A stretch of 64,000 nt of DNA from Giardia intestinalis (taxonomy: Eukaryota): the NCBI GenBank assembly GCA_000002435.2, contig CM018789.1. The stretch is one strand, 5' to 3'. Below the pieces are notes generated by a model. It ran no database searches. It saw nothing but the letters and a program-made list of their open reading frames with translations, and was not told the DNA's origin. A program made the translations under genes and the position numbers. The number at the start of each line of letters is the position of its first letter. Position 1 is the first letter of the stretch. Of the stretch, positions 1-10,300 are shown piece by piece.

Positions 1-592
1 AGTGCCTAACTGTCCTTGCCGGTGGCATTGCACAGCGAGTGCCCTGGAGGCGCCATCATGACTACGCTTTTCTGCTCTTTTGCTTACAGAGGCCATTACT
101 GTCTGTCCGCTCATGACACCATAAACACACAAGGTCAATCCCCCTGGCACTTTACTCAGAGGTGCGCCGGCTCTTTCGGAGAAGCGCTTCTCTGTGTAGC
201 TGTCTAGTGAACAGACCAGACACGGTGGTGCTATCAGCCAAGCCACTGCTGGGCAGAGCACACGGCCTGTATCTGCTCGTCTCGTGCTCTAGCCAGCCAC
301 CCCGCGTGAGCATCTGGAGGCGTGCCTGGACATATGCGTGGTATTCTGCGGTGTGCACGGTCTCGTGTCCGCACAGTAGGCCAGCCAGGGAGCGTGTGCA
401 GGCACGTCATGTGGCACCACGTCCTTTGTGGAATGCTGGAGGACCACACAGGCGAGGGTCTACCATCAAGATACGGACACGTTGCTTCCTGACATGGAAG
501 GTCAATGAGGCTATCCAGATGGCCCAGCCACGGTAGAAGGCTAGCAGATGTGATCGTATTGGCCACCAGCACTGTCACTAATACCAACATGC

Positions 593-3400
593 ATGATTAA
601 TAGATCTAGCAGGGCCGCAATGTTGCTACTAGTTCTTTGCTTTTTGATGAGCGCTCTCGCTGCACAATGCAAGGGGCACCAGCACTCCAACTGCGCAACC
701 GGCTGGTGCAGGGCGGTCCGTGGCGTCGAGGTCTGTATGAGGTGCAAAGCGGGCCACGTGCTGATCGACGGAGTGTGCGCTGATAACTCTGTTGTCTACG
801 GCGCGGGGTCCGCCTGCCAGATTCTAAACTGCAAGCAGTGTAACGCGGACAACACGCAGTGCGAGCAGTGCGAGGACGGATACACGCCGAGCGCCGGGAA
901 TACCCAGTGCAACGAGGACGCCGCGTCCGCCTGCCAGATTCTAAACTGCAAGCAGTGTAACGCGGACAACACGCAGTGCGAGCAGTGCGAGGACGGATAC
1001 ACGCCGAGCGCCGGGAATACCCAGTGCAACGAGGACGCCGCGTCCGCCTGCCAGATTCTAAACTGCAAGCAGTGTAACGCGGACAACACGCAGTGCGAGC
1101 AGTGCGAGGACGGATACACGCCGAGCGCCGGGAATACCCAGTGCAACGAGGACGCCGCGTCCGCCTGCCAGATTCTAAACTGCAAGCAGTGTAACGCGGA
1201 CAACACGCAGTGCGAGCAGTGCGAGGACGGATACACGCCGAGCGCCGGGAATACCCAGTGCAACGAGGACGCCGCGTCCGCCTGCCAGATTCTAAACTGC
1301 AAGCAGTGTAACGCGGACAACACGCAGTGCGAGCAGTGCGAGGACGGATACACGCCGAGCGCCGGGAATACCCAGTGCAACGAGGACGCCGCGTCCGCCT
1401 GCCAGATTCTAAACTGCAAGCAGTGTAACGCGGACAACACGCAGTGCGAGCAGTGCGAGGACGGATACACGCCGAGCGCCGGGAATACCCAGTGCAACGA
1501 GGACGCCGCGTCCGCCTGCCAGATTCTAAACTGCAAGCAGTGTAACGCGGACAACACGCAGTGCGAGCAGTGCGAGGACGGATACACGCCGAGCGCCGGG
1601 AATACCCAGTGCAACGAGGACGCCGCGTCCGCCTGCCAGATTCTAAACTGCAAGCAGTGTAACGCGGACAACACGCAGTGCGAGCAGTGCGAGGACGGAT
1701 ACACGCCGAGCGCCGGGAATACCCAGTGCAACGAGGACGCCGCGTCCGCCTGCCAGATTCTAAACTGCAAGCAGTGTAACGCGGACAACACGCAGTGCGA
1801 GCAGTGCGAGGACGGATACACGCCGAGCGCCGGGAATACCCAGTGCAACGAGGACGCCGCGTCCGCCTGCCAGATTCTAAACTGCAAGCAGTGTAACGCG
1901 GACAACACGCAGTGCGAGCAGTGCGAGGACGGATACACGCCGAGCGCCGGGAATACCCAGTGCAACGAGGACGCCGCGTCCGCCTGCCAGATTCTAAACT
2001 GCAAGCAGTGTAACGCGGACAACACGCAGTGCGAGCAGTGCGAGGACGGATACACGCCGAGCGCCGGGAATACCCAGTGCAACGAGGACGCCGCGTCCGC
2101 CTGCCAGATTCTAAACTGCAAGCAGTGTAACGCGGACAACACGCAGTGCGAGCAGTGCGAGGACGGATACACGCCGAGCGCCGGGAATACCCAGTGCAAC
2201 GAGGACGCCGCGTCCGCCTGCCAGATTCTAAACTGCAAGCAGTGTAACGCGGACAACACGCAGTGCGAGCAGTGCGAGGACGGATACACGCCGAGCGCCG
2301 GGAATACCCAGTGCAACGAGGACGCCGCGTCCGCCTGCCAGATTCTAAACTGCAAGCAGTGTAACGCGGACAACACGCAGTGCGAGCAGTGCGAGGACGG
2401 ATACACGCCGAGCGCCGGGAATACCCAGTGCAACGAGAACCCAGAAGCGCGGTGCAATACTCCCAACTGTAAGACCTGTGACAACCCCAAAACAGGCAAT
2501 GAAATCTGCACTAAATGTAATGATGGCGACTACCTCACCCCTACAAACCAGTGCGCACATGACTGCACAGCCATCAGCGGATACTACGGAGATACTGACA
2601 AGAAGTGTAAGCCATGCAGCCCTGAGTGCGCTGAGTGCGTTGGGCCAGCCAACAATCAGTGTAGTGCTTGTCCTGCAGGCAAGGCATTAACATATGGAGG
2701 TGGTGATCCTGCCCAAGGGGGCACCTGCGGGGATGCGTGTACGGCGGACAAGAACGGATGTAAGGTCTGTGGGGCAAGGATCGGCGGGACAGACTACTGC
2801 TCCCAGTGCTCAGTGGGTACTCAGGCTCCTCTGAACGGGGTCTGTACGGCCAACGCGCGTGCTCAGTTCTGCACACAAGTTACCAGTGGATCCTGCACGT
2901 CTTGTAGTGGGGGCTACTTCCTCAAGAATGGTGGCTGTTACCAGGCAGATAGACAGCCAGGCAAACAGATATGTACACTAGCTGATAGCAATGGTGGATG
3001 TCAGGCGTGTGCCAATGGTCTTCCTCCTAGTTCTTCTGACGTATGCCCCTCGTGTCATTTCACCTGCAAGACATGCTCGACCGCAGACATTGCAAATACT
3101 TGTACAACGTGTGCAACTGGGTACTACATGGTCGGATCAGGGCCAAACACATGTATTTCGTGTGAAAGTGACAGTGGAAGTGTCAAGGGAGTTGCTGGCT
3201 GCATGAGCTGCGCTCCTCCATCTAGCAATACTGGCTCCGTTCTCTGCTACCTCATGAACGGTGACAGTGCCGGCGGGAGCACGAATAAGAGCGGCCTTAG
3301 CACAGGTGCCATCGCTGGCATCTCTGTGGCTGTCATCGTCGTCGTCGGGGGACTCGTCGGCTTCCTCTGCTGGTGGTTCATCTGCAGGGGCAAAGCGTAG
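593..3400 (+). CDS. Variant-specific surface protein (VSP), 935 aa. It has an N-terminal hydrophobic signal region, 14 tandem 39-aa CXXC-rich repeats, a cysteine-rich body, a C-terminal TM helix and a CRGKA tail. The alternative ATG at 620 (MLLLVLCF...) is possibly the true start.
   Basis: ATG at 593 and stop at 3398-3400. Many CXXC motifs (CKQC, CEQC, CKTC). The C-terminus ...GAIAGISVAVIVVVGGLVGFLCWWFICRGKA matches the Giardia VSP hallmark. The VSP 3' element follows the stop. Confidence 0.9.
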   Translation: MINRSSRAAMLLLVLCFLMSALAAQCKGHQHSNCATGWCRAVRGVEVCMRCKAGHVLIDGVCADNSVVYGAGSACQILNCKQCNADNTQCEQCEDGYTPSAGNTQCNEDAASACQILNCKQCNADNTQCEQCEDGYTPSAGNTQCNEDAASACQILNCKQCNADNTQCEQCEDGYTPSAGNTQCNEDAASACQILNCKQCNADNTQCEQCEDGYTPSAGNTQCNEDAASACQILNCKQCNADNTQCEQCEDGYTPSAGNTQCNEDAASACQILNCKQCNADNTQCEQCEDGYTPSAGNTQCNEDAASACQILNCKQCNADNTQCEQCEDGYTPSAGNTQCNEDAASACQILNCKQCNADNTQCEQCEDGYTPSAGNTQCNEDAASACQILNCKQCNADNTQCEQCEDGYTPSAGNTQCNEDAASACQILNCKQCNADNTQCEQCEDGYTPSAGNTQCNEDAASACQILNCKQCNADNTQCEQCEDGYTPSAGNTQCNEDAASACQILNCKQCNADNTQCEQCEDGYTPSAGNTQCNEDAASACQILNCKQCNADNTQCEQCEDGYTPSAGNTQCNEDAASACQILNCKQCNADNTQCEQCEDGYTPSAGNTQCNENPEARCNTPNCKTCDNPKTGNEICTKCNDGDYLTPTNQCAHDCTAISGYYGDTDKKCKPCSPECAECVGPANNQCSACPAGKALTYGGGDPAQGGTCGDACTADKNGCKVCGARIGGTDYCSQCSVGTQAPLNGVCTANARAQFCTQVTSGSCTSCSGGYFLKNGGCYQADRQPGKQICTLADSNGGCQACANGLPPSSSDVCPSCHFTCKTCSTADIANTCTTCATGYYMVGSGPNTCISCESDSGSVKGVAGCMSCAPPSSNTGSVLCYLMNGDSAGGSTNKSGLSTGAIAGISVAVIVVVGGLVGFLCWWFICRGKA
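811..2448 (+). repeat. 14 head-to-tail copies of a 117-bp (39-aa) coding tandem repeat, ASACQILNCKQCNADNTQCEQCEDGYTPSAGNTQCNEDA. Copies appear nucleotide-identical, with the last unit ending NENPEA.
   Basis: Period 117 is seen directly (for example gcctgccagattctaaactgcaagcagtg at 811, 928, 1045 ...). The length difference between the two VSP ORFs, 935-428 = 507 aa, equals 13 x 39. Confidence 0.95.
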
Positions 3401-3404
3401 ATGT

Positions 3405-3419
3405 ACTTAGATAGTAAAC
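3405..3419 (+). promoter_or_regulatory. VSP-type extended polyadenylation element ACTTAGATAGTAAAC (contains AGTRAAY), 5 nt after the VSP stop.
   Basis: Exact match to the conserved VSP 3' motif ACTYAGRTAGTRAAY. The mirror copy lies at 6074..6088 on the minus strand. Confidence 0.7.
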
Positions 3420-6073
3420 GCGTCACTGTATAAAGCATATTATACTGTGATGGGGCCCTGCCTGTGGGAGCGTCCAGAAATCCCACGAGTAAGTCTCGCC
3501 CACGTCTTGGCCAATCTGAGAGCGAGAACTGGTTGTAGACAGCAAGCAGGGACTCCTCTTTATTAGTGTATCTAAAACTTGGCACCTTCTCCGGTCGCTC
3601 TGTGGGTGTGTGCTCAGTCTGGGTGTGCACGTCGGCCGTTTCGGGGTTCAGGCCTTCTCGCAGACTCTCTGGTCCACCAGTGGCGCCTCTCCTTGGTCTT
3701 CCTTCACGGTGAGTGAAGCCCGGGCCGCTGTCTTTTTTAGATGCCCCCGTCTGTCAGGGGCTGCCATCGGGCTCTCCGCTGGCTGGGCCCCTCGGTGTCC
3801 GTCCGGCTGTGGTTCTGGGTCAGCGCTTCCACAGTCGCGGTCACTTGGGTCTCAGTGGGCCGGCTGGTGGGTGGGGCGGGGGTATGGGCGGTGAGGACTG
3901 GTGGGACCGGGTGGGGGCTGAGATTGGTGTCCGTATGTGCTCCTGGGTTCGGTGGGCCATTGCGGCGGTGGGTGATCCCCTCTCTGTTTGCCAAGGTGGT
4001 TGTGTCTGATCCCCAGCCTTCGTTGCACTCCCGAGACACAGGCACCGACGATCGTGTCGTGTCCCCTGACTGAGCGCCTCCCTTGGCCCCTGCATGCCTC
4101 GGGCAGTACTGCTGCTCTGGTTGACTGGTACATGAGGGATGAGGCAGGCCATCGCAGCCTCTCCTGCTACTCGCTGATGCTCTGTGCGGGTCTGCTGGGC
4201 CCCTGGCATGCCCTGTCCAGTGCCTCGACGTAGTTCACCTCGGCCAGCAGGGGTGTGGATGAGCCGGTGGATGGGATGGGTTCTCTCAGGCCTCTAGTGT
4301 GATGGCCCAGAAGACTGGCACGGTGGGGCACTGGTGGCTGCACTGTCCCCGTGGTCAGCTGTGCTGCTCCTGGTGGGTCCTTGTCATGGAGCGCTGTGTG
4401 TTGTTCATAGGCAGAGGTGAGCCTCCTTGGTTTCAAGATGCTCTACCATGCAGAGAGGAGCACGCTGAGGGTCACCCATACCTCACATCTGCTGTGCCCG
4501 TTCGGGAGTTCCCGGTGTGGTCCACCAGGACCTTGACACCTCTCGTGGCTCTGATGACCCCTCGAGGAGAGCCGGGGTGTCCTATGCCAGGGGAGGCGTG
4601 CACCCTCCTGCATGAGCTGGGACCCACTGCACTGCCCTCAAGGAGGTCTGCTATGAGAGGCAGTGGGATGATTGACGGCCCCAGAGTGCGGTGGAGGGTG
4701 CTCGTGGTCATCTCTTGTGATCGGGCATCACTCTGATGGCCAGCTCTGTGCCTGTGTGGTGCTCAGAGGCCACCTGTCTGCCTCATCGCCTGCTGGACAG
4801 CCGGGTCTCTTGTGGTGTCCGAAGGCCTCCTCACTCCTCTGGCTGCTGCCCCCTCGGGTCATCAATGAAGACAGTCGAGGCCAGCGGAGTCTTCGGTGAG
4901 TCTGGTGCCTGCCTGGGTGTCATGGGGGCTGGCAGCTGTCAGGGCTCTGCCACTGCTCACCTGCCTGGAGTGTGCCTCCCTTGGACCTACTGTGCTGCGT
5001 GAGTCCTCTGGCTTCCTATCAGGCCCTGACTGTGAGGGTGACCCCACCTGGTCCTCTGATGCCCCTGTGGATGAGCATAGCAATGTGTCTGATTGAGGAT
5101 CTCTGGTGCCCGTGTCTGTTGCTGCCTCTCGGGTGCTCGGGTAGTTGCCTGGCACTCTCGTATGGGGGCACAGTCAGCGTGTCCCGAGCAGACTCCAGTC
5201 CTCTCTGGGTCCACACAGTCTGTTCGTGTGTGGATGATCCTCCTGCACTCAGGTCCATCTGTGCACACTATCACTCAGCCTCGAGAGCAGGCCAGTGCAG
5301 TCGCCAGGGTTGCTGTCAGAGGGAGTCGTCTGCCACTACATCGCTCGAGCAGACTCTACAGATCAGGCTGGCTGCTGTGCACCCTCATGGCAGGGCTGCC
5401 TGACTCCCCTTGGTCATCCTCTCTGTCCCGGTGTGCACGGCTCCTGAGGGTTGTCTGGGTGGAGGCACTCACAGACCACGAGCACACAGAGGGGTGAGTC
5501 ATAGATGGACAGCCATCAGTCACCACAGCTGCGATCACCCCAGTCTATCGAGGGACCAGGGGCACATACAGACACCCACCACCCGGTCCCACCAGTCCTC
5601 ACCGCCCATACCCCCGCCCCACCCACCAGCCGGCCCACTGAGACCCAAGTGACCGCGACTGTGGAAGCGCTGACCCAGAACCACAGCCGGACGGACACCG
5701 AGGGGCCCAGCCAGCGGAGAGCCCGATGGCAGCCCCTGACAGACGGGGGCATCTAAAAAAGACAGCGGCCCGGGCTTCACTCACCGTGAAGGAAGACCAA
5801 GGAGAGGCGCCACTGGTGGACCAGAGAGTCTGCGAGAAGGCCTGAACCCCGAAACGGCCGACGTGCACACCCAGACTGAGCACACACCCACAGAGCGACC
5901 GGAGAAGGTGCCAAGTTTTAGATACACTAATAAAGAGGAGTCCCTGCTTGCTGTCTACAACCAGTTCTCGCTCTCAGATTGGCCAAGACGTGGGCGAGAC
6001 TTACTCGTGGGATTTCTGGACGCTCCCACAGGCAGGGCCCCATCACAGTATAATATGCTTTATACAGTGACGC

Positions 6074-6088
6074 GTTTACTATCTAAGT
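6074..6088 (-). promoter_or_regulatory. VSP-type polyadenylation element (mirror copy) for the right-arm VSP.
   Basis: Plus strand reads gtttactatctaagt, the reverse complement of ACTTAGATAGTAAAC, immediately 3' of the minus-strand stop at 6093. Confidence 0.7.
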
Positions 6089-6092
6089 ACAT

Positions 6093-7379
6093 CTACGCTT
6101 TGCCCCTGCAGATGAACCACCAGCAGAGGAAGCCGACGAGTCCCCCGACGACGACGATGACAGCCACAGAGATGCCAGCGATGGCACCTGTGCTAAGGCC
6201 GCTCTTATTCGTGCTCCCGCCGGCACTGTCACCGTTCATGAGGTAGCAGAGAACGGAGCCAGTATTGCTAGATGGAGGAGCGCAGCTCATGCAGCCAGCA
6301 ACTCCCTTGACACTTCCACTGTCACTTTCACACGAAATACATGTGTTTGGCCCTGATCCGACCATGTAGTACCCAGTTGCACACGTTGTACAAGTATTTG
6401 CAATGTCTGCGGTCGAGCATGTCTTGCAGGTGAAATGACACGAGGGGCATACGTCAGAAGAACTAGGAGGAAGACCATTGGCACACGCCTGACATCCACC
6501 ATTGCTATCAGCTAGTGTACATATCTGTTTGCCTGGCTGTCTATCTGCCTGGTAACAGCCACCATTCTTGAGGAAGTAGCCCCCACTACAAGACGTGCAG
6601 GATCCACTGGTAACTTGTGTGCAGAACTGAGCACGCGCGTTGGCCGTACAGACCCCGTTCAGAGGAGCCTGAGTACCCACTGAGCACTGGGAGCAGTAGT
6701 CTGTCCCGCCGATCCTTGCCCCACAGACCTTACATCCGTTCTTGTCCGCCGTACACGCATCCCCGCAGGTGCCCCCTTGGGCAGGATCACCACCTCCATA
6801 TGTTAATGCCTTGCCTGCAGGACAAGCACTACACTGATTGTTGGCTGGCCCAACGCACTCAGCGCACTCAGGGCTGCATGGCTTACACTTCTTGTCAGTA
6901 TCTCCGTAGTATCCGCTGATGGCTGTGCAGTCATGTGCGCACTGGTTTGTAGGGGTGAGGTAGTCGCCATCATTACATTTAGTGCAGATTTCATTGCCTG
7001 TTTTGGGGTTGTCACAGGTCTTACAGTTGGGAGTATTGCACCGCGCTTCTGGGTTCTCGTTGCACTGGGTATTCCCGGCGCTCGGCGTGTATCCGTCCTC
7101 GCACTGCTCGCACTGCGTGTTGTCCGCGTTACACTGCTTGCAGTTTAGAATCTGGCAGGCGGACCCCGCGCCGTAGACAACAGAGTTATCAGCGCACACT
7201 CCGTCGATCAGCACGTGGCCCGCTTTGCACCTCATACAGACCTCGACGCCACGGACCGCCCTGCACCAGCCGGTTGCGCAGTTGGAGTGCTGGTGCCCCT
7301 TGCATTGTGCAGCGAGAGCGCTCATCAAAAAGCAAAGAACTAGTAGCAACATTGCGGCCCTGCTAGATCTATTAATCAT
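6093..7379 (-). CDS. Variant-specific surface protein (VSP), 428 aa. It has the same N- and C-termini as the 593..3400 VSP but only one 39-aa repeat unit.
   Basis: The ORF-track protein starts MINRSSRAAMLLLVLCFLMSALAAQCKG and ends ...WWFICRGKA, identical to the left VSP apart from 13 missing repeat units. Confidence 0.9.
   Translation of the reverse strand: MINRSSRAAMLLLVLCFLMSALAAQCKGHQHSNCATGWCRAVRGVEVCMRCKAGHVLIDGVCADNSVVYGAGSACQILNCKQCNADNTQCEQCEDGYTPSAGNTQCNENPEARCNTPNCKTCDNPKTGNEICTKCNDGDYLTPTNQCAHDCTAISGYYGDTDKKCKPCSPECAECVGPANNQCSACPAGKALTYGGGDPAQGGTCGDACTADKNGCKVCGARIGGTDYCSQCSVGTQAPLNGVCTANARAQFCTQVTSGSCTSCSGGYFLKNGGCYQADRQPGKQICTLADSNGGCQACANGLPPSSSDVCPSCHFTCKTCSTADIANTCTTCATGYYMVGSGPNTCISCESDSGSVKGVAGCMSCAPPSSNTGSVLCYLMNGDSAGGSTNKSGLSTGAIAGISVAVIVVVGGLVGFLCWWFICRGKA
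7045..7161 (-). repeat. Single 117-bp unit in the right-arm VSP, matching the 14-copy array at 811..2448.
   Basis: Coordinate mapping from the left arm. The right VSP protein contains one ...SACQILNCKQCNADNTQCEQCEDGYTPSAGNTQCNENPEA. Confidence 0.8.
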
Positions 7380-10300
7380 GCATGTTGGTATTAGTGACAG
7401 TGCTGGTGGCCAATACGATCACATCTGCTAGCCTTCTACCGTGGCTGGGCCATCTGGATAGCCTCATTGACCTTCCATGTCAGGAAGCAACGTGTCCGTA
7501 TCTTGATGGTAGACCCTCGCCTGTGTGGTCCTCCAGCATTCCACAAAGGACGTGGTGCCACATGACGTGCCTGCACACGCTCCCTGGCTGGCCTACTGTG
7601 CGGACACGAGACCGTGCACACCGCAGAATACCACGCATATGTCCAGGCACGCCTCCAGATGCTCACGCGGGGTGGCTGGCTAGAGCACGAGACGAGCAGA
7701 TACAGGCCGTGTGCTCTGCCCAGCAGTGGCTTGGCTGATAGCACCACCGTGTCTGGTCTGTTCACTAGACAGCTACACAGAGAAGCGCTTCTCCGAAAGA
7801 GCCGGCGCACCTCTGAGTAAAGTGCCAGGGGGATTGACCTTGTGTGTTTATGGTGTCATGAGCGGACAGACAGTAATGGCCTCTGTAAGCAAAAGAGCAG
7901 AAAAGCGTAGTCATGATGGCGCCTCCAGGGCACTCGCTGTGCAATGCCACCGGCAAGGACAGTTAGGCACTGCCAATAGGCCAGTCTGCGTCAGTAAACA
8001 CGCAGTGTTCGCAGGCCGAACCATGTACCTTTGCAAGCGGGCAGTGTAACCATTTCAACTTTTAATGCTGTTAAGCGATCTGTATAGTCCGCTTCATCTG
8101 GACGCCTCACGTGCCTTCGCCGCAACCACTGCTTCCATCTCGCAAGCCAACCATGCTATTGATGGAATGAGGCAGCAATACATCCGCCGCCCTTAATTCG
8201 CCCAGGCTGCCAATTCCACCCTGCAAGCTGCCCGCCACCTACCGTAGATCGATGTGGATGCATACTGCGGTGTGGTTGGGCCTGGAATAAGCAGATCTCA
8301 ACTGGGAGTCAGTCTCCTACTCTCCGTCGTCTGGCTCTGTCTCTGGTGTGAGCAGGACCATGCAACCACGAAAGACATCAGCTCCCTGCCAGTAGACAAT
8401 ATGCGCTGCAGAATAGGAGAACGTAGTGGGCCCCTAAGCTGCCCCGCTCGAGGAGCCGCTGCTTCTTTAACAGGGTTGCCCGACGACAGCAGGCACCAGT
8501 ATGGCTACCAGGCCCTTCTGGCTCTGACTTGCAGAGCATCCCCAGCACCGCTCCGGTAAGAGCTGTCTTTCCTATTGGCTTCTGCCGTCCGGGCGTCAGT
8601 TATGGCGAGAATTAACCCTTGCCCATTGGTACTGGTCGAACACTCACTACGTGTTGCTCGTCTAGGAAAGATTGATCTTGCCGCTCCACGGGCTATTCGC
8701 CATGCTGGATGACGAACATATGTGCCACTCAGCCCCTAGTCTTTATTGGATGCAAGGCCAGCTATGCAGGGTTACAGGGCCGCCTCGCCATCCTTAAGTT
8801 GAGCTCTTAGAAGTGTCCTACGTTTTACTAGACGCAACCTAGGTCCGTCCAACTCTATGCTTTATACTAATTCTAGATTGGGTTAAGCGTGCCTGGTAGT
8901 GAAGGTATCTACGGTACTTCCACTCACCGTGAGCAGTTCATAGAAGCCCCTGTGGCTCATCGCCTTCAATACTTGTGCGTTCACTCATCGATACCTCCGC
9001 GTTATTCAGCATAACTATAGTATGTCACCTGTATGCGTCAAGCTACAGCTCCTAAGTGTCTTACAGCAAATACCTTGCGTCTGAGCACCTGGTTAATTCA
9101 GCATCCACGCGTATAAAACATGATAGAAGTCTGTGGAGTATGGTGGCTTCCATTTTCTCTTTCCCCTTTTCTGACTCTGGTTGACTTTATCTTTGCTGGG
9201 TCAAATATGCACTATCTACGCGCACCTTAATGTTAACGGCACTCGTATGTCCTGCCAGGTCATATAAATCTTTATCAGCCGTTGCATGATAATTGTCTGG
9301 CATAATATGCAATCTGGTATTGAATGAAGAATAAAGCGCCCACTTTTGTAATGAGGACTTGTTGTGCTTATGCTGGGAAATAATAGATGGTCAAGTATAA
9401 CCGTACAAGGCTGTAGGACACTCTGCTGGACGATTTTATGAGTATAGGAAGCTGCCTGCTTTAACCTACAGCTCATTTCATTCACGTCATAAGCATTTTG
9501 CCACACAAGATCACTTTAAAAGCATTCTGTGATTACCAGACATCTTTTGATACCAGTCCCGGGTCAACAAAGCAAGCTGCTTATTGTAATTTGGAAAATT
9601 GGGTAACGGCTCCATGGATTCTTGGGTATCATGCCCACTAATCAGCAACTACCAAATATCCTACTTCGCATCTACTTTTTGCAATCTGTTTTTTGTAAGA
9701 CGGCGACTGAAGCGCTAATGGCTCAGTTTCCTAGACCATCCATATCTCTACATAAAGGTTGCCATCGGAAGTCTCCATAAATAGAACATGCAAACTCGAC
9801 AGACAAGCTTCTAGTATCAGCCTTCTCACAATGTATCTATGACAACGGGTCTGTCTTTAGTCAATCGATACTTATCCAGAGAACAGTAGCGCGGCAGTAG
9901 TATAGATGATTATTACGTAGCTTATGCAGGGGCTTGTTGTCAGCAACAAGAGATAAAACAACCTTAGCCTTACAAGATTAAAAGTTCCACATTAGCTAAA
10001 AACGATAGGCTCAGTGACCATTTTTCATGCCACTCACCAAACTTAAGCCGTTTACAGATTTGACGTTTAGTTGCTCTTACAATCTTTACTCTGCTGGTTG
10101 TCTGTTTGTTTGGATCTCTAGTTAAGGTTGGGCCAGTCTGCAATCTTACTCGTGCTCAATTGCGTGACACGCCATAACCATAATATCATTTATGATCTAG
10201 CCATCTATTGCAGGCGCTACTTGCTACATCAGAAACAATGACCGTGGATCCATTACCTTCCCTTTGGTGGTCAAAGTATCATAAGGGACAGACTCTTCTC

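Larger units (their letters stand above)
1..3914. repeat. Left arm of large inverted repeat (VSP gene with its 5' and 3' flanks). Identical to the reverse complement of 5579..7971 except for a 1521-bp tandem-repeat expansion. The arm may extend beyond the window start.
   Basis: ORF-track proteins 16..207(+) and 7765..7956(-) are identical, as are 2991..3206(+)/6287..6502(-) and 3610..3894(+)/5599..5883(-). By-eye alignment shows identity ending at 3914/5579, with similarity decaying over the next ~60 bp. Confidence 0.85.
5579..7971. repeat. Right arm of the inverted repeat (reverse-complement copy of the left arm, carrying a single 117-bp unit).
   Basis: Mirror ORFs in the six-frame track. 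Coordinates map as left p to 7972-p upstream of the repeats and to 9493-p downstream of them. Confidence 0.85.

Noticed and set aside
811-2448. Could the regular 117-bp repeat array be a CRISPR array?
   Set aside because: No unique spacers alternate with the repeats. The array is an in-frame part of a eukaryotic surface-protein CDS, and the whole window shows eukaryotic (Giardia) gene structure, so a CRISPR interpretation is untenable.
796-2511. 571-aa ORF on the minus strand antisense to the VSP repeat array (MQISLPVLG...HWVFPALGVYPSSHCSHC... repeated).
   Set aside because: It is produced mechanically by the in-frame 117-bp tandem repeat having no stops on the opposite strand. It begins at a non-ATG start in the track, lies wholly inside a well-supported VSP CDS and has no independent features.
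3401-6092. Numerous 60-145 aa Pro/Gly/Ser-rich ORFs on both strands in the VSP 3' flanks and central spacer (for example 3610..3894, 3841..4209, 4299..4736, 5599..5883).
   Set aside because: Several are exact mirror images caused by the inverted repeat. They overlap each other in multiple frames and mostly start at GTG/TTG in the track. Their composition reflects GC-rich DNA rather than coding periodicity.
7711-8559. ORFs 7711..8049 (112 aa) and 8254..8559 (101 aa) just outside the right inverted-repeat arm.
   Set aside because: The first spans the arm boundary and mirrors non-coding upstream VSP sequence. Both lack A/T-rich start context and any motif, and sit in the ORF-poor tract.
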